From Cyanophyceae cyanobacterium (GTDB taxonomy: Bacteria; Cyanobacteriota; Cyanobacteriia; Cyanobacteriales; Laspinemataceae): a stretch of DNA of 64,000 nucleotides. The notes beneath the pieces were generated by a model that saw only the letters and a program-made list of their open reading frames with translations, did not search any database and had not been told where the DNA came from. The translations under genes and the position numbers were made by a program. The stretch is taken from positions 320,001-384,000 of the forward strand of contig JBBQFN010000003.1 of NCBI GenBank assembly GCA_038321985.1. Direction: 5' to 3'. Positions 18,815 to 28,819 of this stretch are shown here, in pieces (the first letter of the stretch is position 1; the number at the start of each line of letters is the position of its first letter).

Positions 18815-20713
18815 ATGAATCGGGTTCATCTAACAGTAGCCATTCCAACTTATAACGGCGAAAACCGCTTGGGTGACGTCCTCGATCGCCTGCGATCGCA
18901 AGTTGGAACCGAAGAGTTTTCCTGGGAAATTATTGTAGTTGATAACAATAGCAGCGATCGCACCGCCCAAGTGGTGAGTGATTATCAAGAAACCTGGCCT
19001 TCTGCTTATCCTTTACGCTATTGTTTTGCCCCGGAACAGGGGGCGGCGTTCGCCCGACAACGGGCGGTGGAGAAAGCTCAGGGCGAGTGGATTGGGTTTT
19101 TGGATGATGATAATTTGCCGGAACCGGACTGGGTGGTTGCTGCCTATCAATTTGGAAAAGACCATCCAGAAGTCGGGGCATTTGGTAGTCAAATTCATGG
19201 CTATTTTTATGAAAAGAAGCCCGAAGAAAAGCTACCTTCAAATTTTAAGAGAATAGCTTGTTTTTTAGCAATTATTGAACGGGGAAATACCCCGCGTCTC
19301 TATGACCCGAAGCACAAAATATTACCCCCGGGGGCTGGGTTAGTGGTGCGAAAAAAAGCCTGGGTAGAATCGGTTCCTGAACGGTTAGTTTTAAATCATA
19401 CCGGGAAAGAAGCGGGATTAGCCAGTGAAGATTTAGAAGTTTTGCTGCATATTCAAAAAGCAGGATGGGACATTTGGTATAACCCCGCGATGGTGGTTTA
19501 CCATAAAATCTCTAACAAGCGGTTAGAACCGGAATATTTAAAGCTGTTGGTCCGTTGTGTGGGATTGAGTCGTCATCGTTTGCGGATGATGACTTTAAAT
19601 AGTTGGCAAAGACCCTTAGCCTTTCCCGCTTATTTAGCCAATGATTTGCGGCGCTTGGTACTGCATAGTATTCGACATGGAATGGCGATTCAAGATGATA
19701 TCGCCGCTACTTGCGAACGAGAGTTTTTGACCAGTACCTTGATTAGTCCTTTGTTCCTGTTGACACAACAAGGGTTTAAGTCATTAGGAAAAGGCGGCGA
19801 TCGCACTTTGGAACAGCCGGATCAATCTTCCCTAGAACAGTTGGCAGAAGCCTTTGAGGAACAACGGTTTCGCCTTCATTCTCAACGGGTGTATCCCCTG
19901 AGTGGCAATCCGGGCGATCGCCCTCATACGGAGATTCTCTTAAGATTGGAAGATAAAAATGGCAATCTTTTACTCCCGAAGGAGTTTATGCCAATGGCTG
20001 AACGGTATAATTTGATGAGGACTATCGACCGTTGGGCTATCCGAAAACTTTGTGCTCAAATTGCTGAATCGGGGGAGGATTTTCACTCGGAGATTTATGA
20101 AATTAATCTCTGCGAAGCGACCCTCTGCGACTGCTATTTTGTAGATTTCCTGGTTCAGGAATTAACTTTTTATAAAATTTCCCCAGAACTGTTGTGTTTT
20201 TGCATCCCAGAAACCGTTGCGATCGCTCAGTTCCAGCGTATCCAAGAACTAATTGAGCGCTTAAATTCTATTGGCTGTCAGTTTTCCCTAGACCAAGTAG
20301 GGGTGGCTCAATCTTCCTATAAGTACCTGCAAAAATTGCCAGTCAACTATCTAAAATTGGCGGGTAACTTAATTAAATCAATTTCCGACAATCCCCAGAG
20401 TTTTAACCAGGTAAAGAATCTCAATAAAATAGGTCAAGATTTAGGCATGAGAACGATTGCTGCTCATGTGGAAAATCAGGAAATTTTGGAACAGACTCAA
20501 CGAATTGGATTCAATTACGTTCAGGGGTATGAGATTGAGCGACCCCAGCCCCTCTCCTTTAATTCCCCCCCTCTTTTCGATTTTGTTCCTAATTTCCGCC
20601 AACCGTTAGTTTCAATTCCCCCGGAAGAATCCCCGGCTAATTTATCGAGTTTAGCGGGAGTTTTATCGGAAACCGTTTTAAATATTCAGCCTGCTTCTCC
20701 CCCTACTGTTTGA
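18815..20713 (+). CDS. HpsE-like GT2 glycosyltransferase fused to a degenerate EAL domain
   Basis: AIPTYN, VDNNS, FLDDD and SED GT2 motifs. C-terminal EILLRL...QGY EAL domain. Confidence 0.85.
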   Translation: MNRVHLTVAIPTYNGENRLGDVLDRLRSQVGTEEFSWEIIVVDNNSSDRTAQVVSDYQETWPSAYPLRYCFAPEQGAAFARQRAVEKAQGEWIGFLDDDNLPEPDWVVAAYQFGKDHPEVGAFGSQIHGYFYEKKPEEKLPSNFKRIACFLAIIERGNTPRLYDPKHKILPPGAGLVVRKKAWVESVPERLVLNHTGKEAGLASEDLEVLLHIQKAGWDIWYNPAMVVYHKISNKRLEPEYLKLLVRCVGLSRHRLRMMTLNSWQRPLAFPAYLANDLRRLVLHSIRHGMAIQDDIAATCEREFLTSTLISPLFLLTQQGFKSLGKGGDRTLEQPDQSSLEQLAEAFEEQRFRLHSQRVYPLSGNPGDRPHTEILLRLEDKNGNLLLPKEFMPMAERYNLMRTIDRWAIRKLCAQIAESGEDFHSEIYEINLCEATLCDCYFVDFLVQELTFYKISPELLCFCIPETVAIAQFQRIQELIERLNSIGCQFSLDQVGVAQSSYKYLQKLPVNYLKLAGNLIKSISDNPQSFNQVKNLNKIGQDLGMRTIAAHVENQEILEQTQRIGFNYVQGYEIERPQPLSFNSPPLFDFVPNFRQPLVSIPPEESPANLSSLAGVLSETVLNIQPASPPTV

Positions 20714-20734
20714 CTGAAATACTCCTTAAACCCA

Positions 20735-21703
20735 ATGAATGCTATTGCCTTCACTATAGCCATCCCGACCTTTAATGGGGAACGCCGATTACCGCAACTC
20801 CTCGACTGCCTGCGATCGCAAATTTGCACGGAAGAATTTACCTGGGAAATTATTGTCATTGATAACAATAGTCAAGACAAAACTAGGGAAGTCATTCACC
20901 AATACCAAACCGATTGGCCCGAGGCTTATCCATTACGCTATTATTTTGAACCCCAACAAGGACTAGCTTTTGCTAGACAGCGGGCAATTGATGAAGCCAA
21001 AGGAACCTGGGTGGGATTTTTAGATGATGATAATTTACCCGCATCGGACTGGGTAACTGAAGCCTATAGCTTTGCTCAGTCCTATCCCCAAGCCGGTGCT
21101 TTTGGGGGACAAATTCATGGCAATTTTGAAGTTCCTCCCCCGGCAAACTTCCACCGCATCCAGTCGTTTTTGGCAATTCGGGAACGAGGGTCAAAACCCC
21201 ACTTATATAAACCAGATAGCTTAAGTTTACCTCCCGGGGCGGGCCTAGTGGTTCGTAAACAAGCCTGGTGTGCAACCGTTCCCCGGCAGTTACAATTAAT
21301 CGGCCGGGTTAATGGTTCTACTTTAGCTGGAGAAGATTTTGAAACCTTACTTTATCTGCATCAAGGGGGGTGGGAAATCTGGTACTGTCCCACCTTGCAT
21401 AGCCATCATCAAATTCCCCAAGAAAGATTAGAACAGGCATCATTAATGTCCCTGATTCGAGGCTGTGGTTTGTGCATTTGTCACCTGCGCCTACTCAATG
21501 CCCGCCCTGGAGAGAAACCCCTGGCGATCGCCCGAATTTTCCTGGGGAGTTTCCGCCGAATTGTGCGTCATCTTCTCCAGTATCGCGGCTTAGTTAAAAC
21601 TGACCTTGTAGCGGCGTGCGAATTGGAGTTCTTTTTAAGTAGTTTTCTCAGTCCTTTTTACTATTGGCAGAGTCAAAGTTGGCTTAAAAATAAACGAGTT
21701 TAA
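20735..21703 (+). CDS. hpsE: Hormogonium polysaccharide biosynthesis glycosyltransferase HpsE-like (GT2)
   Basis: AIPTFN, FLDDDNLP, PPGAGLVVR and GEDFE motifs. Paralog of the upstream GT domain. Confidence 0.8.
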   Translation: MNAIAFTIAIPTFNGERRLPQLLDCLRSQICTEEFTWEIIVIDNNSQDKTREVIHQYQTDWPEAYPLRYYFEPQQGLAFARQRAIDEAKGTWVGFLDDDNLPASDWVTEAYSFAQSYPQAGAFGGQIHGNFEVPPPANFHRIQSFLAIRERGSKPHLYKPDSLSLPPGAGLVVRKQAWCATVPRQLQLIGRVNGSTLAGEDFETLLYLHQGGWEIWYCPTLHSHHQIPQERLEQASLMSLIRGCGLCICHLRLLNARPGEKPLAIARIFLGSFRRIVRHLLQYRGLVKTDLVAACELEFFLSSFLSPFYYWQSQSWLKNKRV

Positions 21704-21760
21704 AGGAAATAAATCCAGGTTAAACCCTTATAACCCCGTCAGCTAGAAGGAGAAATAATT

Positions 21761-23431
21761 ATGAAAAATTCAGTGATTGTCATCGGACTTGATGCAGCCG
21801 ATCCAGTATTGTTAGACACCTGGATGGACCAAGGATATTTAAGCAATCTCAAACAGTTGAAAGAACGTGGGGCTTATGGTCGTCTGACTAACTTAGAGTA
21901 TTACAAAGCTGAAACCCCGTGGACGACCTTTTTAACGGGATGCCTGCCCAATAAAACGGGATATTGGTCGCCTGTAAAATTTCACGAAGGCAGCTATAAT
22001 ATTTCTGAAATAGGCGCGTATGATTTTCAGGAATATCCGCCCTTTTATGCCTTGGGAGAAGAGTATCGCGTTTGTGTATTTGATGTACCTCAATCCCAAT
22101 TGTGCAGTGGCGTGAATGGGAAGCAAGTTTTGGCTTGGGGGGCTCATTCCCCTCAAACTTCTAGTCTCTCACACCCGCCGGACTTGTTGGATCAGATCCA
22201 TCGAGACTATGGGAAACATCCAGCCCTGCATCGAGATCATGGGGATTGGTGGGATACAGAGTATCTGTCTCGCCTGCAAAAAAGCCTGCATCAAGGTATC
22301 GATCGCCGGGTGGCGATCGCCCAAAATCTCCTCAAACAGGAACCGTGGAATCTATTTTTAACCGTATTTGGGGAGACTCATTCTGCTGGACATGACCTCT
22401 GGTATCTCAGTCAACCCAACCACCCCCTGTATAAAAATCAGGGCAATTCGGCAGCCGAAGACCCCCTGCGGGCAGTTTTTGAATCCGTCGATCGCGCTGT
22501 CGGAACCCTGTTAGCGGATGTACCGGAAGACACTTACATTGTCGTATTTTCAGCCCATGGCAGTGATCATAATACTACCGATGTACCCAGTATGATGTTC
22601 TTGCCTGAGTTTTTGTACCGATTCAGTTTTCCCGGGAAAGTGGCAGTAGCATCGGGGAAAGTGGGAACAACCCCACCGGCGATCGTTACCGAACCCAGAC
22701 GGAAAACTTGGACAGGGGAAATTTGGGAACGCAAGTATAGCCCCAACCCCCTTAAACAATTCCTGCGACGACAACTCCCCAGTCAGTTCCACCGGCACCT
22801 CGATCGCCTATTTGGCACTGTTGGAGAAGCGCCGTTAGCGTCCCCAGAACAGTTGCGGCAGCAAGGCAACCCCTTATTTTGGCAACCTGCTACATGGTAT
22901 AGTCCCTTGTGGCCGCAAATGAAAGCATTTGCCATCCCCAGCTACTCCGAAGGATATATCCGGATTAACCTAGAGGGTCGCGAACCCCAGGGAATTGTCT
23001 CACTAGAGGAGTATGACGGCTTATGCGAAGCATTAACTCAAAAACTCTATGCCTGGAGGAATGCGCGCACCGGAGGGCCGGTGGTTAAAAAAGTGATTCG
23101 CACCCCTGGCAACAGTCGCACTCGTCCAGAGGCGGATCTCGTGGTAGTTTGGCATGACATTCCCACCGATGTAGTCGATTGTGGTGAATTTGGGCGCATC
23201 GGTCCCGTCCCCTATCGACGCACTGGCAGTCATCGAAACCGTGGATTTATCAACATTACCGGGCCGGGAATTCAACCGGGAACTCAACTCCGGGAGGGTC
23301 ATGGGGTTGATTTAGCGCCTACTATTTTACAGCTTATGAATGCCCCGATTCCTAACTCTTATGATGGCACTTCCTTAGTGGAAGACTTACGCCAAGAAAC
23401 CGCGTCTTTAAGTACCTTACTGCCGACCTAA
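21761..23431 (+). CDS. Alkaline phosphatase superfamily protein (nucleotide pyrophosphatase/phosphodiesterase-like)
   Basis: IGLDAA, PWTTFLTG, HSAGH, FSAHG, INLEGREP and GSHR motifs. Confidence 0.85.
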   Translation: MKNSVIVIGLDAADPVLLDTWMDQGYLSNLKQLKERGAYGRLTNLEYYKAETPWTTFLTGCLPNKTGYWSPVKFHEGSYNISEIGAYDFQEYPPFYALGEEYRVCVFDVPQSQLCSGVNGKQVLAWGAHSPQTSSLSHPPDLLDQIHRDYGKHPALHRDHGDWWDTEYLSRLQKSLHQGIDRRVAIAQNLLKQEPWNLFLTVFGETHSAGHDLWYLSQPNHPLYKNQGNSAAEDPLRAVFESVDRAVGTLLADVPEDTYIVVFSAHGSDHNTTDVPSMMFLPEFLYRFSFPGKVAVASGKVGTTPPAIVTEPRRKTWTGEIWERKYSPNPLKQFLRRQLPSQFHRHLDRLFGTVGEAPLASPEQLRQQGNPLFWQPATWYSPLWPQMKAFAIPSYSEGYIRINLEGREPQGIVSLEEYDGLCEALTQKLYAWRNARTGGPVVKKVIRTPGNSRTRPEADLVVVWHDIPTDVVDCGEFGRIGPVPYRRTGSHRNRGFINITGPGIQPGTQLREGHGVDLAPTILQLMNAPIPNSYDGTSLVEDLRQETASLSTLLPT

Positions 23432-23776
23432 ACCGGGTTTGGGGTTTCAGGTGCATCCGTTGGGGAAGAGTCCATTTTGGTTGCCTCACCTGACCCGGCG
23501 ATCGCCTTTAAGACCCCGGTTTTGAGGATAGTGACTGCCAGGGGGCATCACCGTCTACACCGTTTGATAGAGAAAATTTTTTCGTCAGCTAAAAATACCC
23601 CTAAAGGATGAGACGCCCCGGTTCCGTTCTGCTGTACAAAATGAATAGAAAGAGGTAAAAAAGGCTTTCCCTCACAGGGACGAAAGCAGGTTAGATACCA
23701 GGCGACTGTCTGCTCCTGTACAACCCCAAATCCAGCTCACATTGCCCAGACCCATCACAGGAAGATATAACTAAAG

Positions 23777-24496
23777 ATGACTACTCAAAATCCTACCGTT
23801 TACCTTCAAAACAAAAAAGCCTTAAAATTTGCCCTGGGTTGGCGGTTCTTTCATTTATTAGAAGAAATAGAGATGGCATTCCTGCAAGGAGTGCCTTCAT
23901 CCCTGGGTTCAGGGTTGCGCAGCCTGGTTTATAAAACAATTTTTGGTAAACTCGGCAAAGGAGTCAGCATCAAAACTGGAGTAGAGTTTTTCTGTGCCTA
24001 TCGGATGCAAATCGGTCATAAAGTCTCTATTTCCCGGGATGTGAGAATTCGCAGCCTTGGACCATTAGATAAAATTAAAATTGGGGAAGGGGTTTCCTTC
24101 GATCGCGGAGTTGATATCAAAGCCCACGGCAATCAAAACGGCATTGAAATCGGCGATCGCACCTATATCGGTCCCTATACCTGCCTCTCCGGGGGTAAAC
24201 TTAAAATTGGCAAAGACTGTTTAATCGCCTCCCATTCGAGTATTTACTCTAATAATCATATTTTTTCAAACGTTGGTCAAAATATTAACCAACAAGGCAA
24301 TAGTTATGAAGGGATCACCATTGAAGATAATTGCTGGTTAGGAACCGGGGTAAAAGTCATGGATGGCGTAACCATCGGCGAAGGCAGCATCATCGGCGCT
24401 GGGGCCATTGTTACTAAAAATATCCCCCCCTATTCCATTGCCGTTGGCGTGCCCGCAAAAGTCATTTCTTCCCGGAGAGAGTCAGCAGGAGTTTAA
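23777..24496 (+). CDS. Hexapeptide-repeat O-acyltransferase
   Basis: Left-handed beta-helix repeats, IEDNCWLG and AVGVPAK. Confidence 0.9.
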   Translation: MTTQNPTVYLQNKKALKFALGWRFFHLLEEIEMAFLQGVPSSLGSGLRSLVYKTIFGKLGKGVSIKTGVEFFCAYRMQIGHKVSISRDVRIRSLGPLDKIKIGEGVSFDRGVDIKAHGNQNGIEIGDRTYIGPYTCLSGGKLKIGKDCLIASHSSIYSNNHIFSNVGQNINQQGNSYEGITIEDNCWLGTGVKVMDGVTIGEGSIIGAGAIVTKNIPPYSIAVGVPAKVISSRRESAGV

Positions 24497-24562
24497 GGAA
24501 AGATGGAGGAGATGGGGTCGTTTTTTTATGCTGATAGCGATCTGCCTTACGATTAACGCCAC

Positions 24563-24854
24563 TTCCGGTCCCCTCCCCTTGGCAAGGGGAGGGTTAGGGT
24601 GGGGTCCTCTTGGAGGCGATCGCCACATCAAGCAGTCTTTTTCCGGTCCCCTCCCCTTGGCAAGGGGCGGGTTAGGGTGGGGTCCTCTTGGAGGCGATCG
24701 CCACATCAAGCAGTCTTTAAGACTTAAGCGCCGGTATGGATGCTGGGGAAACCTCTTTCTTCGTGACGTGGCGGTAAGCGTAGCTATCCCGTAGGGAATC
24801 CCCATGTCAGAAGAACCCCCCACCCTAACCCTCCCCTTGCTAAGGGGAGGGGAC
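24563..24854. repeat. Dispersed CCCTCCCCTTGGCAAGGGGAGGG hairpin repeat: two 78-bp tandem copies plus one inverted copy
   Basis: Copies start at 24563 and 24641, with an inverted copy at ~24816-24854. Further copies at 52826 and 63246. Confidence 0.85.
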
Positions 24855-24890
24855 TGGATGTGTACTTAAATGTGAGGCAAATCCCCCTGA

Positions 24891-27080
24891 ATGTCAAACT
24901 CTACTGTTGTAGATCCTCCCCACCTCGATTGGCGGTCTCCCCCAGCCCCTCACCCCAGACCCAAGGCGATCGCAGTACAATATTTGTACCGGCATCCCTG
25001 CGAAAACATGATGATGAGTAATCTTCCAGATTTTGGTGAGTATGGCTATCAGGTTATCCGAGAATTGGGTCACAACCGCGCTGGGGGGCGTGTGACTTAC
25101 CTGGCGACGCGCATCGGAACCGCAGCAGCTACTCCCGATATCCCTGCCGATCCGGCCAATTTTGTTGCCATTAAACAGTTTCAGTTTGCCAGTACCAGTA
25201 GTCAAGCTCAGTGGGCGGGTTACGATGCCTATCAGCGTGAAATTCAAGTCTTACAAGGGCTAAATCATCCGGGTATCCCCCGCTATTTAGATTCCTTTGA
25301 GAGTCCTCGGGGATTCTGTATGGTGCAGGAGTACAAACCGGCTGAATCCCTGGCTCAACAGCACATCTGGCACCCCCTCCAAGTGAAAGAAATTGCTGTG
25401 GCGCTGTTATCGATTTTAGCTTACCTTCAAAACCGCCTCCCCGTGGTGATTCATCGGGATATTAAACCAGAAAATATTCTGGTAGATGAACTGATGAATG
25501 TGTACTTAGTAGACTTTGGATTTGCTCATTTGGGCGAGGGAGAAGTTGCCGTGAGTAGTATTGTCAAAGGGACTCTGGGGTTTATGCCACCGGAGCAATT
25601 ATTTAATCGGGAACTGACCCCGGCATCGGATTTATATGGGGTGGGTGCTACTTTAATTTGTTTACTGACGGGGACAAAATCGATGGAAATTGGGGAATTA
25701 ATCGACCCCAGCTATCGGATTCACTTTCAAAAACGGGTTCCTAAAATTAGCCTCACTTGGATTAAATGGCTGGAAAAAATGGTGGAACCCAAGCCAAAAG
25801 ACCGTTATGCAAATGCAGAAATGGCTCTACAAGCCCTGAATCCCCTTGAAATTAGTCGCACGCCCCAAGTGATTTCTAGTCATCAATTAGTGCAGTTTCG
25901 GGCGACGAAACTCGGGGAACAAATCACCCAAACTATCTCGATTAAAAATCCCGTTCCGGGAACGATGTTGTCAGGACGATGGCGGGTGGCGGGTCATCGG
26001 AGTGATGTTCCTCCCCAGACTCTTGCCGATCGCCCCGCAGCTAAACCCAATCATCCTTGGATTGCGATCGCCCCAACCCGGTTTAAAGGCAATCAAATCG
26101 AATGCAATATTACCGTTGATACAAGCCAGTTAAAAGCCGCCGAAATTTACGATCGCGAATTATTATTACAAGCAAATTCAGACCAAAAATTATATCGAGT
26201 CGCTCTTAAAGTTAAAACCGCGCCGGAACCTGTAGAAGAGATAAAATTACCCTATCGTTGGCTAGGAATTTTGTTAGGTTTAGCCTTGAATACCGTCTGG
26301 ACTCACCCTGTGAATTTAGTGGGAAATTGGATCGGATGGTTCAGTGATTCAGGGTGGGGAATGGTGGCTTTTCTGTTCCTGTTTCCCTGGACTGTGCTTT
26401 CGACCATTCGGGCGATCGCCCAGAATCCGGGCCCGGCTGCCACAGGTGCGATCGCCGGGAGTATCAGTAGTGCGGTGATTGCGGCTTTAAGTGCAGTCGC
26501 CTTTGGGATTGGTTCCCTGCCTTGGACTCAAGCAGCAGCGGAAGCGGCAGTCGCCTCTTCCCTTTTAGGTGCGTTAATCGGTGCTTATGCCGGTATAGGA
26601 ACGGAGGAATTAATCAGCCGATTCCGGGCGATGGGAACGGCTAGAGATGTATCCAAAACCCTTGCCGGGGCAGTCGCCGGGGGAATCTGTGGTGCATGGC
26701 CGATTGTGGATGCCACCCGCTCCCTGGCTAATGGTTGGGCTTGGCTAGGATGGATGATGTTAAGTAGTTTAACAGGTATCGTGGCCGGTGCCGTCTTCGA
26801 TGAAGTAGAAAATGCCAAAATCTTCCCATCTAACCCTAAAATTAACCTCAAAATCAGCAACATTCCGACCTCTTTCTCCTGGGGAATTTCTCTGCTGACT
26901 GTGGGATTAGGAATGAGCTTGGGTTTAGCTTTAAATGGGAGAATTTTCTCTAATTATGTCGTGATTTTTCTCATTGGAGGAACCCTGATTACATTAGGGA
27001 AAATGATTTATCCTTGTTGGAGGCGATCGCGCCAAGTCCGGGAGTATCATGAATCGAAAGCCAAACGGATTCAACCGTAG
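24891..27080 (+). CDS. Ser/Thr protein kinase with a multi-TM C-terminal region
   Basis: VAIKQF, HRDIKPEN, DFG and GTLGFMPPE motifs. Probable start at 25008-25014 (MMMSNL). Confidence 0.92.
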   Translation: MSNSTVVDPPHLDWRSPPAPHPRPKAIAVQYLYRHPCENMMMSNLPDFGEYGYQVIRELGHNRAGGRVTYLATRIGTAAATPDIPADPANFVAIKQFQFASTSSQAQWAGYDAYQREIQVLQGLNHPGIPRYLDSFESPRGFCMVQEYKPAESLAQQHIWHPLQVKEIAVALLSILAYLQNRLPVVIHRDIKPENILVDELMNVYLVDFGFAHLGEGEVAVSSIVKGTLGFMPPEQLFNRELTPASDLYGVGATLICLLTGTKSMEIGELIDPSYRIHFQKRVPKISLTWIKWLEKMVEPKPKDRYANAEMALQALNPLEISRTPQVISSHQLVQFRATKLGEQITQTISIKNPVPGTMLSGRWRVAGHRSDVPPQTLADRPAAKPNHPWIAIAPTRFKGNQIECNITVDTSQLKAAEIYDRELLLQANSDQKLYRVALKVKTAPEPVEEIKLPYRWLGILLGLALNTVWTHPVNLVGNWIGWFSDSGWGMVAFLFLFPWTVLSTIRAIAQNPGPAATGAIAGSISSAVIAALSAVAFGIGSLPWTQAAAEAAVASSLLGALIGAYAGIGTEELISRFRAMGTARDVSKTLAGAVAGGICGAWPIVDATRSLANGWAWLGWMMLSSLTGIVAGAVFDEVENAKIFPSNPKINLKISNIPTSFSWGISLLTVGLGMSLGLALNGRIFSNYVVIFLIGGTLITLGKMIYPCWRRSRQVREYHESKAKRIQP

Positions 27081-27156
27081 AGATTTGAGGGAAATTTCTA
27101 AATTATCACCCAAATCTGGATTATCAACTCGGTTTTTCAACCCCACCCCTGGCCTC

Positions 27157-27221
27157 CGAAACCGGGTTTCTGCCATAATCTCTACATCCTCCCCGAAATC
27201 TGGATTACAAATCCGGTTTCT
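27157..27221 (+). repeat. ~65-bp double-palindrome cassette-boundary element (degenerate copy)
   Basis: CGAAACCGGGTTTCT at 27157 and ACAAATCCGGTTTCT at 27207 (50-bp offset). Confidence 0.7.
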
Positions 27222-27272
27222 TGCCCCTCAAACCACTTATAATTAAATGATAGTGGTTACGGTAAACGGGTT

Positions 27273-27521
27273 ATGACTGTCATTATCTCCGATGAAATCC
27301 TGCAAGCCTCTGAGCTTACCCCAAGCGAGTTTCGCCAAGAAGTGGCATTATACCTGTTTCAAACCGGGCGTTTGACCTTGGGCTATGCCAGCAAATTGGC
27401 AGAGATGCCCGTCAATGCTTTTCGCCAAATTCTGAAACAGCGAGATATCCCGCTTTACTCCTACGATGTGGAAGATTTTGCATTGGATCTGAAGAATTTA
27501 AGGGAGTTGGGACGGTTGTGA
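27273..27521 (+). CDS. UPF0175 family putative antitoxin
   Basis: EVALYLFQTGRLTLGYASKLA...F...L..RDIP pattern. Overlaps the DUF3368 start (GTGA). Confidence 0.88.
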   Translation: MTVIISDEILQASELTPSEFRQEVALYLFQTGRLTLGYASKLAEMPVNAFRQILKQRDIPLYSYDVEDFALDLKNLRELGRL

Positions 27522-28037
27522 TTGTGATTAGTGATACCTCAGCCATTACCAACTTGGCGGCAATTCACTACCTAAAACTTCTGCCTCAACTCTACAATCA
27601 AATCACGATTCCTGAAGCAGTATATCGTGAACTTGTTGAGATTGAACCTCCCGTCCCAGGAACTCGTGAAGTCCAAAGGGCCGCCTGGGTGCAAGTTACA
27701 GCAGTCGTTAACCGTGCTAGGGTTGAACAGCTTCAAGATGAGGTGAGGTTGGACGCTGGAGAAGCGGAGGCGATTCGCTGACGCGATAGCTTCGCTTCAC
27801 GCACTTGCCCTAGAGCTTAAAGCAGATTTGCTCTTGATTGATGAGCGTCGGGGTCGAGCGACGGCTGACCGTTTAGGAATAAAAATTACGGGATTGTTAG
27901 GGATTTTAGTTGAAGCCAAGCAGAAAAATTTAATTCCTGCGGTTAAGCCTGTTATGGATGCTCTGATTGATACGTCAGAGTTTAGAGTATCTTCAGCTTT
28001 ATATAACCAGATTTTGAGTATGGTCAATGAAACTTAG
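27518..28037 (+). pseudogene. DUF3368 PIN-domain toxin, disrupted by a 25-bp insertion
   Basis: IVISDTS...LDAGEAEAI and LLIDERRGR...GLLGIL lie in different frames. Deleting 27775-27799 restores a 164-aa frame. Confidence 0.9.
27775..27799. mobile_element. 25-nt insert within a HIP1 site (small dispersed repeat-like)
   Basis: GCGAT|TCGCTGACGCGATAGCTTCGCTTCA|CGC. Removing it regenerates GCGATCGC and the reading frame. Confidence 0.75.
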
Positions 28038-28063
28038 GCAAGGGTTTCTCGGCGCTGAGTTAG

Positions 28064-28251
28064 GGCTGACAGTGGGATTAGGAATCAGCCTGGGTTTAGG
28101 TTTCAATGGGGCAATTTTATCTCATTATTGGATGAATTTATTAATAGTAGCCACTGTGATTCCATTAGGTAAAATGATTTATCCTCATGGGGTGCGATCG
28201 CGCCAAGTCCGGGAGTATCATGAGTCAAAAGCCAAACGGATTCAACCGTAA
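28064..28251 (+). pseudogene. Orphan duplicate of the 3' end of the 24891-27080 kinase gene
   Basis: LTVGLG.SLGL..NG.I.S.Y...LGKMIYP...RSRQVREYHESKAKRIQP matches ~26893-27080. Confidence 0.85.
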
Positions 28252-28445
28252 TATTTCAGTCCGAATCAACCAAAGAGATTGCCCAGAGCCGATGAAGCGG
28301 GCGTTAACCCTAGGTTAAAGCCAATCTAGCCCATTTCAAGTAAGGGCTTCCGGTAGCCATAGATCGGCTCGACAGGAAGCCCCTGAACTTTTCCAGCTTC
28401 TGCCATCTTATCCCCTCCCGTAACTATTAAAAAACTTAAAAAACA

Positions 28446-28474
28446 TTGACAAAACTGGCTAATAAATGTAAGAT
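28446..28474 (+). promoter_or_regulatory. Putative sigma70 promoter of the small protein/rSAM locus
   Basis: TTGACA-N17-TAAGAT about 60 nt upstream of ATG 28536. GAGGA RBS at ~28521. Confidence 0.55.
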
Positions 28475-28535
28475 ATATTAAATTTTATGGGAGCAGTAAA
28501 TTAGCTGTCCCCATTACCTAGAGGAATCCAACTTT

Positions 28536-28784
28536 ATGACACCACCTAAAAAGTCAGCTGAAAAGTCATCTCCACAGTCGTCAAAATTGTTTGATATGTT
28601 GTCCGATCTGGCTAAAAATCCTGGACAAGCCCAGAGATTTAATGCAAACCCTAGCCAAGTTCTTGATGAATACGAAATTGACGAAGAGTTGAAAACTTTG
28701 CTGACGACGGAAGAAGGAAACTGGAACAACTTTACAGAAGCAGTGAAGAAAGAAGCAGAACAATACGGTTTAAAAGCTCCGTAG
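28536..28784 (+). CDS. 82-aa NHLP/LigA-like small protein, candidate RiPP precursor or leader
   Basis: LFDMLSDLAKNPGQAQRFNANPSQVLDEYEI resembles the helical NHLP-clan leader motif. It is adjacent to a RiPP rSAM gene and has an RBS and promoter. Confidence 0.6.
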   Translation: MTPPKKSAEKSSPQSSKLFDMLSDLAKNPGQAQRFNANPSQVLDEYEIDEELKTLLTTEEGNWNNFTEAVKKEAEQYGLKAP

Positions 28785-28819
28785 GGTTTTTATAAGTTCC
28801 TAGCTATGCTTAGTCTAAT

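Noticed and set aside
23660..23730. c-di-GMP-I riboswitch (GGGACGAAAGC)
   Set aside because: Lacks the GGCAAACC/GNRA P2 stem and the tetraloop receptor.
24408..24823. ORFs with a duplicated motif on both strands
   Set aside because: They are translations of the 78-bp intergenic repeat.
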